Part shown: piece by piece, positions 1 to 18,105 of the stretch
Numbering within the stretch: the stretch's first letter is position 1
Layout of the letters: each line of letters opens with the position of its first letter
DNA from: Eledone cirrhosa
Lineage: Eukaryota
NCBI GenBank assembly: GCA_964016885.1
Contig: OZ024743.1
Location: forward strand, 103,540,001-103,604,000
Length of the DNA stretch: 64,000 nt
Reading direction: 5' to 3'
The notes under the pieces: model-generated
What the model was told of the DNA's origin: nothing
Database searches by the model: none
The model's input: only the letters and a program-made list of their open reading frames with translations
Translations under genes and position numbers: made by a program

Positions 1-820
1 GCATTTTAACGGCTGAGTAGCCCAATTTGCATATCGAGTGGGTTAATCGGCCGGGTGCACCGAAAACGATAAACAGAAAAAATGAAACGAAATTTCATTT
101 CCCACTCTTAGTACGGCTGTTACTTAAATATAAGTATGTACACGTACATACATATATATATACATATATGTATGTACATGTACATACATATATGAACAAA
201 CGAGCAACGATGGTTGCTAGACACTACGGCTTAATACGGGATGTTTATTTGCAAACACACCGAGCATTATAATAAATGTTTGGTGAATCCATACGTACAT
301 GTATATATGTGTGCATGTATGTATACATATATACATACTACTTTACGTCTGTATACATATATGTATGTACGTGTACATACTTATATTTAAGTAACAGCCG
401 TATTAAGAGTGGGAAATGAAATTTCGTTTCATTTTTTCCGTTTATCGTTTTCGGTGCACCCGGTCGATTAACCCACTCGATATGCAAATTGGGCTACTCA
501 GCCGTTAATATGCATAAGGAAAGTATATGCTTTCAGACGTTCAAAATCTGGCAGGAATGTATACGTTGCTGACGATAGCTAATAAGCTTGAAACTAGTAC
601 AGCGTTCCTTTGTCAGTGTTGAACAAACGAGCAACGATGGTTGCTAGACACTACGGCTTAATACGGGATGTTTGTTTACAAACACACCGATCATTATAAT
701 ACGTGTTCGGTGAATCCATACGTACATGTATATATGTGTGCATGTATGTATATATATATATACACACTACTGTACGTCTGTATACATATATGTATGTACG
801 TGTACATACTTATATATATA
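1..820 (+). mobile_element. Retrozyme-like hammerhead repeat (about 427-bp unit, about 1.5 copies) with inverted left arm running off the window
   Basis: 194-390 is repeated at 621-810 (offset 427). 1-170 is the reverse complement of about 345-513. Contains a hammerhead at 549-614 and is homologous in motif order to the 466-bp unit at 51-53 kb. Confidence 0.75.
549..614 (+). ncRNA. Type I hammerhead ribozyme (minimal, palindromic stem III)
   Basis: Stem I CGTTG(564-568)/CAGCG(600-604), extended by AGGAA/TTCCT. Core CTGACGA (569-575), stem II AGCT-AATA-AGCT, then GAAA-CTAG-TA (cleavage after GUA, 599). Confidence 0.8.
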
Positions 821-833
821 TATATAGATATAT

Positions 834-1360
834 GATGATGATGGCTGCCCTCTCGTTATGGAGTATGGCCATTGCACGATATAGCATTATTAATAATTAT
901 TAATTAATTCTATCGTGCAATGCCTGTGCGTGAAGATATTTTTTAAAGTGAGGAAAGACTGTGCATTGAGCCAATCCCACTCTCTGAGCGACAGTAGTTA
1001 TAACCCGAAAAGAAGAAAGGATCAACATCATCGGTAACTACTGTGCCGCAGGTTATATATCGGAGTTATCCCAGTTTCCTGAGTTGCCTTCTCCTAGAAG
1101 AATTCCCTGACAAAGGCTAGGGGTCCGTCACTCCCAGTTGTTTAACAGCGCAGTACATGTGTATATACATATTTACACAATTTTGGATGGCCGTTGACTC
1201 TTATGAGTTCTTCCGCCGTTTGTCAGGTTTTGTTTTTTGTCCTCTAGGGTGTCCAAAATCCCCCTCCTCACCAAGCAAACTTGGTGGGGTTGCCGGTTTA
1301 GTCGCGGACGACCCCGCCATGCGACAAGTTGTACTGGGTTATATGTTACCAGTAGTGACC
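834..1360 (-). mobile_element. RTE-related non-autonomous retroelement (SINE-like)
   Basis: Reverse-complement homologue of 30705-31160 and 41222-41748. Its 3' tail (TGGCCATACTC..ATAACGAG.GGGCAGCCATCAT) is shared with the RTE LINE end at about 46760-46795. Confidence 0.65.
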
Positions 1361-1387
1361 CAATATACATACTATATATATATATAT

Positions 1388-1470
<83 letters not shown>

Positions 1471-1473
<3 letters not shown>

Positions 1474-2059
1474 AGAGAGAGACTGAGCATAAGAGGAATC
1501 AAATGCTGCGTGCAGGATAGGCGGTTACGCTGGTATGGACATGTGATGCGTATGAAGGATGACAGCTGCATAAAAAGGTGCAGAGCACTAGAAGTTGATG
1601 GCAACCGCGGAGTGGGGAGACCCAAGATGACTTGGGATGAGGTGATAAAAGCCGACCTTACCCAACTACACCTCTCAAAGACAATGACACACGACCGTGA
1701 CTTCTGGCGTCACGCAGTAATACAGGGTACCCGACCTCCCATGGGTACATGCTGAAGCATATAAACAATATGCCCCCACTCCCCCCACCGCAAGGTGGTC
1801 GTGGAGGTGCCACGGCAAAAAAGCACCCAGCCCACACTGTAAAGTGGACGTGTAGGCGCCATGAAAAAGCACCCAGCACTCACTGTAAATGAGGTTGGTG
1901 TTAGGAAGGGCATCCAGCTGTAGAAATCAAGCAGAATCAGTTCCTGTATGAGCAAGGCATGGTCAGCCGACCAGACACTGCCCACAACAGGACAACCCGT
2001 CTAACCCATGCTAGCGTGGAAGAACGGACGTAAAACGGTGATGATGACGATGATGATGA

Positions 2060-2061
<2 letters not shown>
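1471..2061 (+). mobile_element. RTE-clade LINE 3' fragment with 3' UTR and (GAT)n tail
   Basis: Translation RRLRWYGHVMRM...GRPKMTWDEVIKADL...DRDFWR is a typical RTE ORF C-terminus. The tail is homologous to 48830-49315. Confidence 0.8.
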
Positions 2062-2102
<41 letters not shown>

Positions 2103-2130
2103 TATGTATATATACATATATATATATGTA

Positions 2131-2184
<54 letters not shown>

Positions 2185-2187
<3 letters not shown>

Positions 2188-2606
2188 TATAAAGTATGTC
2201 CATAGAATCATTTGATAATATATATACACCATTTCCTCTCCTAATTAGCATAATCAACCACACAAAAAATCAATTAAATCAGGCTATAAGATTAAAAGCA
2301 CCTCTAATCTTATAGCCTGGTATGCGTATATGCATTTTTTCTTCTAACTTTAATTTTATACCTAATTGTGTATGGTTGACGGTATATTTAATCGATTTCC
2401 ACGTGCTATTGAAATGTTGGGTAAATATTCTATAGCGGTTGATCGCGAATAAATTGCTGTCGTTTATTTATCTACTATTTCTTCATAGGTGCCTTTTAAT
2501 CTTATAGCCTGGTTTAATTGATTTTTTGTGTGGTTGATTATGCTAATTGGGAGAGGAAATGGTGTATATATATTATCTAATGATTCTATGGACATACTTT
2601 ATAGTA
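2185..2606. repeat. Inverted repeat (about 120-bp arms), probable PLE pLTR remnant
   Basis: 2185-2303 is the reverse complement of about 2487-2606 and abuts (TA)n. Confidence 0.6.
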
Positions 2607-3162
2607 TATTGGTCTGATTATTTAATTTATTAATTCATCATTTAGCCACATCGTGAATGGTTGCCAAAACATATATATCTGTGACATTGTCTAGTTTGTG
2701 TATATGTACATCTTTATATATTTATATATATTTCTCTCTCTATATATATATATACATACATGGCGATTGCATTCAAACCACCGCCAATAGATTGAAATCA
2801 TAGAAAATGGTGCATCGGTCTGGATATCTCAAATTTCCTACCTACACGAAGTTGTCTTCCTCATTGATTAACGTATGTATACAATCTAATCAGTTGGGTT
2901 TGAATTTTAAAAATCGAACTTCATTAAATGATTGAGTGAGGTAATGACTGAAGCTGTCTTAATTCTATTCGATAAGCTTCATCCTATAATTTTATATATA
3001 TATATATATTATATATATATTTATAAATGTAATCTGAGTTTTTCGAATAGTAATAATAACATTCGATTCATTTGCAATTATGCAAACAAGCCGCAATTTT
3101 ATAGACATGTCAGTAGAATGAACCCTTCATTCTTGCCCTTGTAGAGCGAAAATTTTCTTTTT

Positions 3163-3205
<43 letters not shown>

Positions 3206-3793
3206 AAAACGAAGAATCAGTGATGCATCGAAACACAATTTATTAACGTATTACAATTGTTTCTCAGGTCAACAGCTCGAGGTACGATCTTTTTGTGGAT
3301 CGAACCAGACTCTGGATTCGCAAGATTCGCCAATTCCTCAGATACGTGTAGCGACTTCGAGGCAAATCTTCCGTCGATGCTATTCTGTCTCTTTGAGTTT
3401 TCCCCATCTGTCATCATCCTGCTTACGCGGCCCATCCATTGGTCAAGAATTTGAGTCGTCATCTGTATTTTTGACCAGTCAAAACTGCCCACTATCTATT
3501 TCCATTCAGACGTGAGTAGTCACTCAACTTAATTCTCCCGCCAGAATTATTGGCAGGAGGTTGTAGTCTGCCTTGCGTGCCCCTAGCTTGCCCGTACCTC
3601 GACATACACACCCCAACACATACGTGTGCTCACACATAGACACTCAGAACTCACGATCACATATGTATTTGTCCGGACGTGTACACACACCCACCCACCC
3701 GTACGTGTACACATGTGCCCACATACATACATATATTCACAACCTCATACATAGGAACATGTATACACAGATATACACACACATGTACACGTA

Positions 3794-3847
<54 letters not shown>

Positions 3848-3919
3848 GGTCCCGGGTTGAGTCGGGGATAACCACAGTAAGTAAGGTACTCAATACATGG
3901 CAGAGTAAAATTTTTTTAT

Positions 3920-4011
3920 TTTATAGAAGGAGCTTCTACAGGACTAGTACTTCCTGAAGATTTCATCTGAATGAAACAGTACTAGTCCTGTAGAAGCTCC
4001 TTCTATAAAAT
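3920..4011. repeat. Palindrome with truncated hammerhead-like core (PLE inverted junction)
   Basis: TTTATAGAAGGAGCTTCTACAGGACTAGTAC and its reverse complement enclose CTGAAGA-TTCA/TGAA-GAAAC-AGTACT-AGTC. Confidence 0.55.
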
Positions 4012-4236
4012 ATAAAATATATATATATATATATATAACCTGATTAGTGTTTTAGTTGTTTTTGGTATTGTGTTGGTAGATTTACCTGCCGCAATTTTCA
4101 ATTTGTCAAGCTGTCTAAACGTATGTTATTACTCTAAGGCCTGCAACCTTATTGGGTGCTTTGCTGCTCATTCCTAATTGTAGGTCGTTAGCTTGGCCAC
4201 AGCCAAAGCTTCGAGTTTACTAAGCTTCCCCTTGTA

Positions 4237-5410
<1,174 letters not shown>

Positions 5411-5570
5411 TTACTCCAAGATAAACTTACATAGGAATACAAGTCAAATCATAAACTCGTCATCTACGTAAATCTCTTGTTGAGTCAAGCAACGCCGTAC
5501 GCTAAAACTATCCATAATAAGAAGTATTCACAACCTTTAATTGGATTACCTATAACGATATTTTGTTATC

Positions 5571-5605
<35 letters not shown>

Positions 5606-6854
5606 ACACACACATACATATATGCACCCATATATATACATATACACAGGCTCAGAGACACCCACACATATAATTACAGACACTCACAACTGTACGCGTG
5701 TGTCTATATACGTACTTACGGCCACTCTTGCACAAGTTTAGGTGTACACACCTGCATACATCCGTGCATACACACAACCCAGAGACGCACACAGACAGAC
5801 ACATGTGCGCACACATACATACACACTCATATGCCCACAGGCGCCCACACAGGAATATATACGTGCATATACACACCCACTACATACATATATGTATGCA
5901 CATATATACATATGCACATGCATGTATACATGTGCATACATACACACACACACACACATACGTACATGCGTCCATTTCGTACCCTTCTACGTCGTGACTA
6001 TCCCTACGCACGCACACAAATACATACACACATGGCCGTGCACATCCATGCACATCCATGCCCGGGCCCACGTAGACACATACAAGCATATATACACACC
6101 CACATACGTTCGCATATACGCCCAAGCATAGACCTACACACGTACATATACACATATGTACAGGCCCACACACCTACATATACAAGCGTGCATACCCGCG
6201 CACGCCCACACATGCACGTGCTCATGCTTATACACACCTAGGCGTACTCACGCGTAGGTGGGTAAGCACGTGCGCGCGGGGCACATGCCCACGGGTGTGC
6301 ATAGGCAGACATATATACACGCACCCCACATGCAAGGTATACTCCCACTCAGATATATGCACATGCACACGCACACAAAATCTCACATGGCAGTATATAC
6401 GTATATACAGACACACAGTCATATACACCTTCAGTATGATGGCTTAGGGTATTAACGTGAAATACTCCACATAAAATAACCCATATAAACAAAATACATA
6501 TGAAAAGCTCATAAAAAAAGGTACAAAAGATACTTAGAAACTACGTAAAAAAATACATATAAAGATGTACATAAAAAAATACATAAAAAAGTACATAGAG
6601 TAATACATGAAAAAATACATAAAACAGTACCTAGAATGAATACATAAAAAATGCATGCAACGGAATAGGGTACTGTGGGTGAAACAGAGTGCATTAGTGA
6701 CGGGTAAGACAGGATTGAGTATGCCAATGGAAATTAAACTACCGTATCTGGGCTGTTGTGACGGCAGTTTTTAAAATAACATACAGAACCAATATGCAGC
6801 ATTGGATGTGCCGACATGCTCTATATGATGCACATAGTAATCAAAGGTACGACG

Positions 6855-7240
6855 TCACATCCCATGGACCTGTGCCGTCCCCCTGACTGGCGTTCGCACC
6901 CCCAGAGGGCTCAAGTTAGATCTATCCGGGAGTTCCCATGCGGAGAGTGTGCATTTTCGTTGATGTCTGCATGCCATGATGATCTCTGATTTCAGGTTGA
7001 CTGCGTCACCCTTTAATCTCACTATCTCCATGGCCTCGGACAAGCACAGCCTGCACTTACCCTCGCCAGCCGAGTAAGCATTTGCACGTTGAACGATACA
7101 CCATATCAGGTCTGCCAGTCTAGTGGAGTGTCTCTTGCTCCGGTCCTTGAATGATTTCGCGTGATTGTATGCCCTCGATTTAAAGGCGATGTATGTGTGC
7201 CTAGCGTTGTGCGTGCTAACCACACATTTATAGATAATGT
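6855..7240 (-). pseudogene. Penelope-like GIY-YIG endonuclease fragment
   Basis: IIYKCVV...[13 protein letters not shown]...CRLCLSE...[12 protein letters not shown] motifs. Confidence 0.8.
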
Positions 7241-7263
7241 ATATATATATGGGTGCATATATG

Positions 7264-7336
<73 letters not shown>

Positions 7337-7883
7337 GTATGTGTACATGTGTGTGTGTGTATCTGTGTATACATGTACCTATGTATGAGTATGTGAATAT
7401 ATGAAGAAGCATAGAGTGCTCAACCGGCATATCGCCTATGGACGCATCTAACCAACATTACAATAAATATATATAACTTCTTGATCATATGAACATACAA
7501 CTTCTATCCAAATTGGCATCATTATTCTATTCCAGGCCTTCACCATCGCACCCTAACGCAGCCCCCCCCCCCCCCCCGCATTAGGTATACCTGTGTGCAG
7601 TGTTTAACGACATTACCAACAGTCTATCATATTCCCACCTAAACCTGCATCATTTATACTGAGTTGACCAACCCCACATAAGTTAATTCCTTGTAAATAA
7701 AATGTTTTCCCCATAGCTGGTATTGGTCAAAAATAATGCAGTAACTTTCAAAGGGCACCGGTAATTACCTCCCTTAGCGAATTATATCCCTTTCACTGGT
7801 ATCCATACCTATACAATCTAGAATCGCAATGTGATGTTATTATACCATTTCAAGGTTTTGTAATTAAGGACTTTGCCATCTGA

Positions 7884-7932
7884 ATATCTGCCTCTGACGA
7901 GCCCGTCTAGGCGAAACACGTGTCAGAGATAT
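7884..7932 (+). ncRNA. Type I hammerhead ribozyme (PLE-type)
   Basis: CTGACGA (7894-7900), GCC-CGTCTA-GGC, GAAA, CACGTG, TC; stem I TATCT..CT/AG-AGATA; palindromic stem III ACACGTGT; GUC cleavage site. Confidence 0.8.
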
Positions 7933-7974
7933 ATTTTAACGGCTTGTAACTCTTTCATTCACTCATTCTTTTGC

Positions 7975-8046
<72 letters not shown>

Positions 8047-8077
8047 AAATGTTTGAAATCCTTGGTAGTGTCAGGTA

Positions 8078-8236
8078 TATTTGTAAAAACGAAAAGAATG
8101 ACTTCACTTGTAGATCTAAACAATTTGATTTAATTTTATAATATTATGATTTGGTAGATCTACCAACCATAATATAAAATTAAATCAAATTGTTTAGAAC
8201 TACAAGGGAAGTCTTTCTTTTCTTTTTTTGAAATAT
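8078..8236. repeat. Imperfect palindrome of about 160 bp
   Basis: Centred on TGGTAGATCTACCA (about 8158); arms CTTGTAGATCTAAACAATTTGATTTAATTTTATA / TATAAAATTAAATCAAATTGTTTAGAACTACAAG. Confidence 0.7.
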
Positions 8237-8859
8237 ATATATATATTATAATGAAATGACAGGAGGCTGGATTTGTGTAAATCCTTGAAAGGTTTATTAT
8301 ACTATGATCATTTCAATGACCGGTTTCCGTATGAATCCGGTGATATCATCAGGTATTCGAAATATAATAAGTGAATGTAATAGATCAAATCCATGGGGCT
8401 GAAAATCAATATATATATATATATAATCAAGGTTTAGCAAATAGAGAAAAAGTTTTAAAATAAATTTTAAAAAGTTTACTGTACTTAATATATTTACCCT
8501 TACCGCGCGGTTTCAATTCTCAAAATAAATAGATAATCCATGCGGAACACCATTGAGAAGGAGAATTTCGTGAGAGGGTTCTTCTCACTCGGAGAATATG
8601 AAATTCCCGAGTTCAAATCACGAACTATCGCCATACAGAACTGTTCCCGGATGAGAGTGTATGATAAGGAAACAATCTTGTCTAGTGCCATGTATATATG
8701 GATATATATATATGTGTATATATGTATATATGTATATATATGTGTATATATATATGTATAAAGGAACGATCGACTTTCGTCAAATCGGACCGAGGGAACA
8801 ATGTTTCCATTGGTCTTTCCAATTGCTAATACTATCTATCGGTCCCAACTCCAGGTAGA

Positions 8860-8980
8860 AGTAGCAACGTGAAATAAAGTGTCTTGCTCAAGGACATAAC
8901 GCATCGCCTGGTCCAGGAATCGAACTCACAACCTTACGATTGCGAATCCAATTCTCTAACCACTCAGCCACACGCCTTCA
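8860..8980 (-). mobile_element. tRNA-derived CORE-type SINE, 5' part
   Basis: Minus strand has A/B boxes (GTGGCTGAGTGG; GAGTTCGATTCC) and CORE-like TCCTTGAGCAAGACACTTTATTTCACG. Related copies at 33600-33900 and 36360-36555. Confidence 0.7.
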
Positions 8981-9041
8981 CTGTATATATGTATATATAT
9001 ACATATGGATATATGTATATATATACATATATATATATGTA

Positions 9042-9090
<49 letters not shown>

Positions 9091-9131
9091 ATATATATGT
9101 ATATATATATATATATGTATATATATATGTG

Positions 9132-10201
<1,070 letters not shown>

Positions 10202-11480
10202 ACACACAGGTATCCACTGTAAGTTGTTGTGGGGTCTATTCTGTATGAAGAACTCAATGTAATCCATATGTTAAAAATGTTGTAGGTTAAGATAAATCTC
10301 AGAAAACAATAAAACATTAAAAGGAAAACAGAGTCATGATATAAGTTAAAACAATGAAATAAAAAATCAAGTCATTAGAGATATACTTCACTGCTTTACG
10401 ATCGTTTCTAGATGGTGATAATACATTGTATCTATACTCAGTTATTGATCTATGTAAGTTTACAAACTATCAGATAGAGAGAATATTTACTTACATGCAT
10501 ATCACCAGCTGTTTTCAAAAGCAATACTAATTTTATTCAATAATAATTTTACTCAGAATTAGTATCATGTCCATATTTGGAGGTAGTTGAAGAACTAACG
10601 AATCAAATTGTTTTTTTCATATGGTGTTAAGATGAAAAGTAATACACTTTAGTTGAGGTCATGACCCTTTGAAAGGAATGGTTGAAAGGTGTTAGTAGAA
10701 ATGGCATAAAAATATATTAGGAAGGAAGGGGATTGTCAAACTGATAGTTGAATGTATCTTGTATAGTGAATTTAAAAGGAATGTCAAAATAAATGGTGAT
10801 TAGTGTTGTATTGAGTTTTAAGGTGAATATAAATTAATGTTATGGCTAGGAAAGATAATATATTAAAAGATGAAAATTATAATAAGATAATGAGATATAG
10901 TAATGCGATAATATACAACTTAACCAACAGCATATAGTACGGTGTGGTAAATTGCACTCAGTATAATATAACATATTATACGCTCTAAAATATTACTAAG
11001 TATGTTTATGCAAAAACAATCAAACTCAGATAAGTACATGCTGGCATAGTTAAAACACATAAATTTCATAGTCTACAAAGTGCACATATTCACACCACAT
11101 ATATAGAGAGGTCCAGTTATATTGATATCTAACCAAAATATACATACGTGGAAATAGATGCAAACCTAAATACAAATCCACACGCATGCATATAATCATA
11201 TATATACATATCCATATATATATCTATATCCACACATACACATCTATACCCCCATATATACATATACATATACAGATACATACACATATACCGACACACA
11301 CACATATATATATATATATATTATATATATATACACATACATACATACATATATACATGTACATACATATAGACACACACATACATACATACATACACAC
11401 ATACATACATACATACATACATACATACATACATACATACATACATACATACACATATACACGTATATACATATATATAC

Positions 11481-11531
<51 letters not shown>

Positions 11532-11571
11532 TATACACATACATAAACACACATATATATATACATATGCA

Positions 11572-11609
<38 letters not shown>

Positions 11610-11623
<14 letters not shown>

Positions 11624-11710
11624 TTATGTGTGTGTATATGTGAGTAAAGATGTATGAATGTTTATGAGTATGTGCACGTGTAAGAAGAGTGTACAAATGC
11701 TCACACAAGC

Positions 11711-11782
<72 letters not shown>

Positions 11783-11877
11783 TTGTGCGAGCATATGTAC
11801 ACTCTTCTTACACGTGCACATACTCATAAACATTCATACATCTTTACTCACATATACACACACATAAACACATGTAT

Positions 11878-11890
<13 letters not shown>
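11610..11890. repeat. Near-perfect inverted repeat around a (TA)n spacer
   Basis: GTGAGTAAAGATGTATGAATG...ACAAGCGTGTG (11640-11715) versus its reverse complement at 11776-11850. Confidence 0.8.
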
Positions 11891-11966
<76 letters not shown>

Positions 11967-12012
11967 CATACACAGACACATACATATATATATACACATA
12001 CATGTACACACC

Positions 12013-12056
<44 letters not shown>

Positions 12057-12109
12057 TATATATATATATATACATATATATACACACAGACATACACATA
12101 CATATACTA

Positions 12110-13850
12110 TAGTTAGGATTGTTATCTAAGAATCTTAGAAATTCCAATATAGAGAAGAACAAAAAGCAAATTAGAAAATTCCTCAAGGACTATTACAGCC
12201 TTAACATCACTTTTGAAAACACTTCAAAAGTAGCTAATTTCCTTGATGTTACCTTAGATCTCTCTACGAATACTTATCAACCATACCACAAACCTAACCA
12301 GAATCTACATTATGTACATTCACGATCTAACCACCCAGGCTCTATACTCAAGAACTTAGTATATAACATTTCTCTTAGACTTTCTAAATTATCTAAGATA
12401 TATTTTATAATAATGCACCCTTCTACAACGAGGCCTTAACTAGAAGTGGATATAAATAAAAAATCTCATATATCCGCAACACTTCTATGGACCAAAACAT
12501 AAAACCTAGCAAAAACTACAAACACCAAAAAATACCATTGAAACAAATACCTAAAGTGGTTATTCCTATTACACCAAACAACCGAAAAACCACAACAACT
12601 ATTACTACACGATCTATGACCAATGTTATCAACCCACATATGAATACCAAGCACTCAAAATCTCATAATCTACCAAAAAATAACACCAAATACAACCACG
12701 ATGATTTATCAAATTCCACAAATAAGGACACTAACCATAGGAACTCTTCTAGAAAAACAACACAATAATATAAGAGATAATAAAAACTTAACTAAAAACC
12801 GCAAAAGAAACATAACATGGTACAACGCACCCTTCAACCTGCAAACTATTGGACAAATCCCCAAAAAATTCTTTGAAATACTACATAAACATTTTCCACC
12901 AAACCACAGATACCACCAAATATTTAACAAATATACTGTTAAATTCTCATACTCTACATCAAACAATTTCAAACAAAAAATAAGCAACTACATTTATAAA
13001 CTTTAAAATAATATGACTACACCTTTTAAAGAGACAAATAATACAATCCTTCAACCTAGAAAACGCAACCACCCAAATCACCAACACAAAAACAACAGAA
13101 CATAAAATTACAATACAACTCTAGCACCAAACCACCCACAAAGCAACCTTCATTCTCCTGCTATCATTAATTACAATAGGAATAGCTCAAGAATAAATGA
13201 GAATAGTATAGGCACCCCCCCCCAAACCATCTTACGTATGGCTGTAATTGCAGAAATAGAAGCATTTGCCCCTTAAATGGAAACTGTTTGATAAATAATG
13301 TAGTATTTAAATGCACTGTGTCTACTACAGACTCCAACAAAACATATATAGGATCTACATCAAACACATTTAAGAAAAGATTTTACGCACACTCTAGTAG
13401 TTTCAACAATACTAAACTAGCAAACACCACATCTTTAGCTGAAGTGGTAAATAATTATAAAAAGAAAAAAATAGATTTTAAGTTATCGTGGAACACCATT
13501 CTACAAAAAACTCCATACCTTAGAAACAGGAGGGAATGCGGATTATGTTCAGGAGAGATCTTGGAAATTACTAAATCTAAGGACGATTTATTAAACAAAA
13601 GACAGGAATGGCTCATAGTCTGTAATCACCGTATACGAAAAACATTTAAATACTATAAACCTAATTAAATATTCTAAATAGCAACTCACTATAATTCCGT
13701 ATAGAATAACATTTATTAGTACCTCTTTCCCCTAATTATAGGCTTTCATGCTTATTTTTTCCTATTAATGTTTTAGCTTCCTTAGATTTATGCGTTAATG
13801 ACTAAAATACACAGCCACCCGTAATTGCATGAGTGAAAATAAACATCTAT
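12110..13850 (+). mobile_element. Penelope-like element (Naiad/Neptune-type), RT C-terminus + Cys linker + GIY-YIG, frameshifted
   Basis: NFLDVTLDL..TYQPYHKPN..YVHSRSNHP; RKRNITWYNAPF; CNCRNRSICPLNGNCL; VVFKC..TYIGST.NTFKKRFYAH..CGLCSGE..LNKRQE...CNHR. Confidence 0.9.
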
Positions 13851-13886
13851 GTATGATATGGAAATATATTTATGTGTGTATATATT

Positions 13887-13981
<95 letters not shown>

Positions 13982-14087
13982 GTATATATATAAAAATTTC
14001 AAGTTATCAATATTGTAGTGATAATATATCGTCACGTTAGAGATGAACAGCGTACGTGTAGCTTTGCTCAACGAGTATAAATGTTAT

Positions 14088-16846
<2,759 letters not shown>

Positions 16847-17766
16847 AATAATAAAGTATATCCCTACACGCAAAAAGCGTCTAGGGACACATGTATTGTC
16901 CAACCATATGCCAATGTGGTTCAATGGCAGGTTAATAAATTAACGAGCCAGAACATATATAATCAAGGTTTAGCAAATAAGAAAAAGTTTCAAAATAAAT
17001 TTTAAAAGATTCACTGTACTCACTATGGTTACCTTTACCGAATCGGTTTTGGGTCTCAAAAATAAATTGACAGTCCTTGCGGCCTTCCATTGAAAAGATA
17101 AACTCTCATCAGAATGGTTCTTTTCACTCGGAGAATATAAAATTCCCGAGTTCAAATTACGAACTGGCGCTATTCAAAATTGTTCCCGAGATGAGAATGA
17201 ATGATGTGGAAGCAATTCTGTCCAGTGCTGTGTGTAAAGATAGAAGCAGAGGCAGGGAGGTGAGTCTACTACCACTATAAATAGCAGCAGTCAGAACGAC
17301 CAAATTTTATCTCGGCCAAGAGGAGGATAATAATAATAAAGTATATATCCCTACACGCAAAAAGCGTCTAGGGACACATGTATACTTTATTTTTATTATT
17401 CTCCTCTTGGTCGAGATAAAATTTGGTCGTTGTGACTGCTGCTATTTATAGTGGTAGTAGACTCACCTCCCTGCCTCTGCTTCTATCTTTACACACAGCA
17501 CTGGACAGAATTGCTTCCACATCATTCATTCTCATCTCGGGAACAATTTTGAATAGCGCCAGCTCGTAATTTGAACTCGGGAATTTTATATTCTCCGAGT
17601 GAAAAGAACCTTCTGACGAGAGTTTATCTTTTCAATGGAAGGCCGCAAGGACTGTCCATTTATTTTTGAGACTCGAAGCCGATTCGGTAAAGGTAACCAT
17701 AGAGAGTACAGTGAATCTTTTAAAATTTATTTTGAAACTTTTTTTTATTTGCTAAACCTTGATTAT
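16847..17766. mobile_element. PLE-derived pLTR element with about 380-bp inverted arms
   Basis: 16957-17340 is the reverse complement of about 17385-17766; a 50-bp direct repeat sits at 16847 and 17331; a diverged copy lies at 8420-8690. Confidence 0.7.
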
Positions 17767-17819
17767 ATATATATGTATATATATATATATGTATATATAT
17801 ATGTATATATATATGTATA

Positions 17820-17856
<37 letters not shown>

Positions 17857-17882
17857 ATATGTATATATATAAGTTGTAATAG

Positions 17883-18066
17883 GATGAAAACGAAATTTCA
17901 TTTCTCACTCTTAGTACGGCACGTACTTAAAAAAAAGAAAAAAGGTGACGTGGTTGCCTTAACACCGTACGGCATAAATTAAGGCTGTCCGTTTGTTTAC
18001 AAATGGACAAAGCGGGCGTTATAATAAACGTCCGCTAAACTGATACGTACATATATGTATGTGTAC

Positions 18067-18105
<39 letters not shown>

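Noticed and set aside
5477-6455. His/Thr-rich 254-aa ORF and overlapping ORFs
   Set aside because: Degenerate CA/TA-rich repeat associated with PLE remnants; no domain motifs.
13238-13668. Selenocysteine recoding as reported for some Naiad PLEs
   Set aside because: Conserved Cys positions use TGT/TGC; no in-frame TGA seen.
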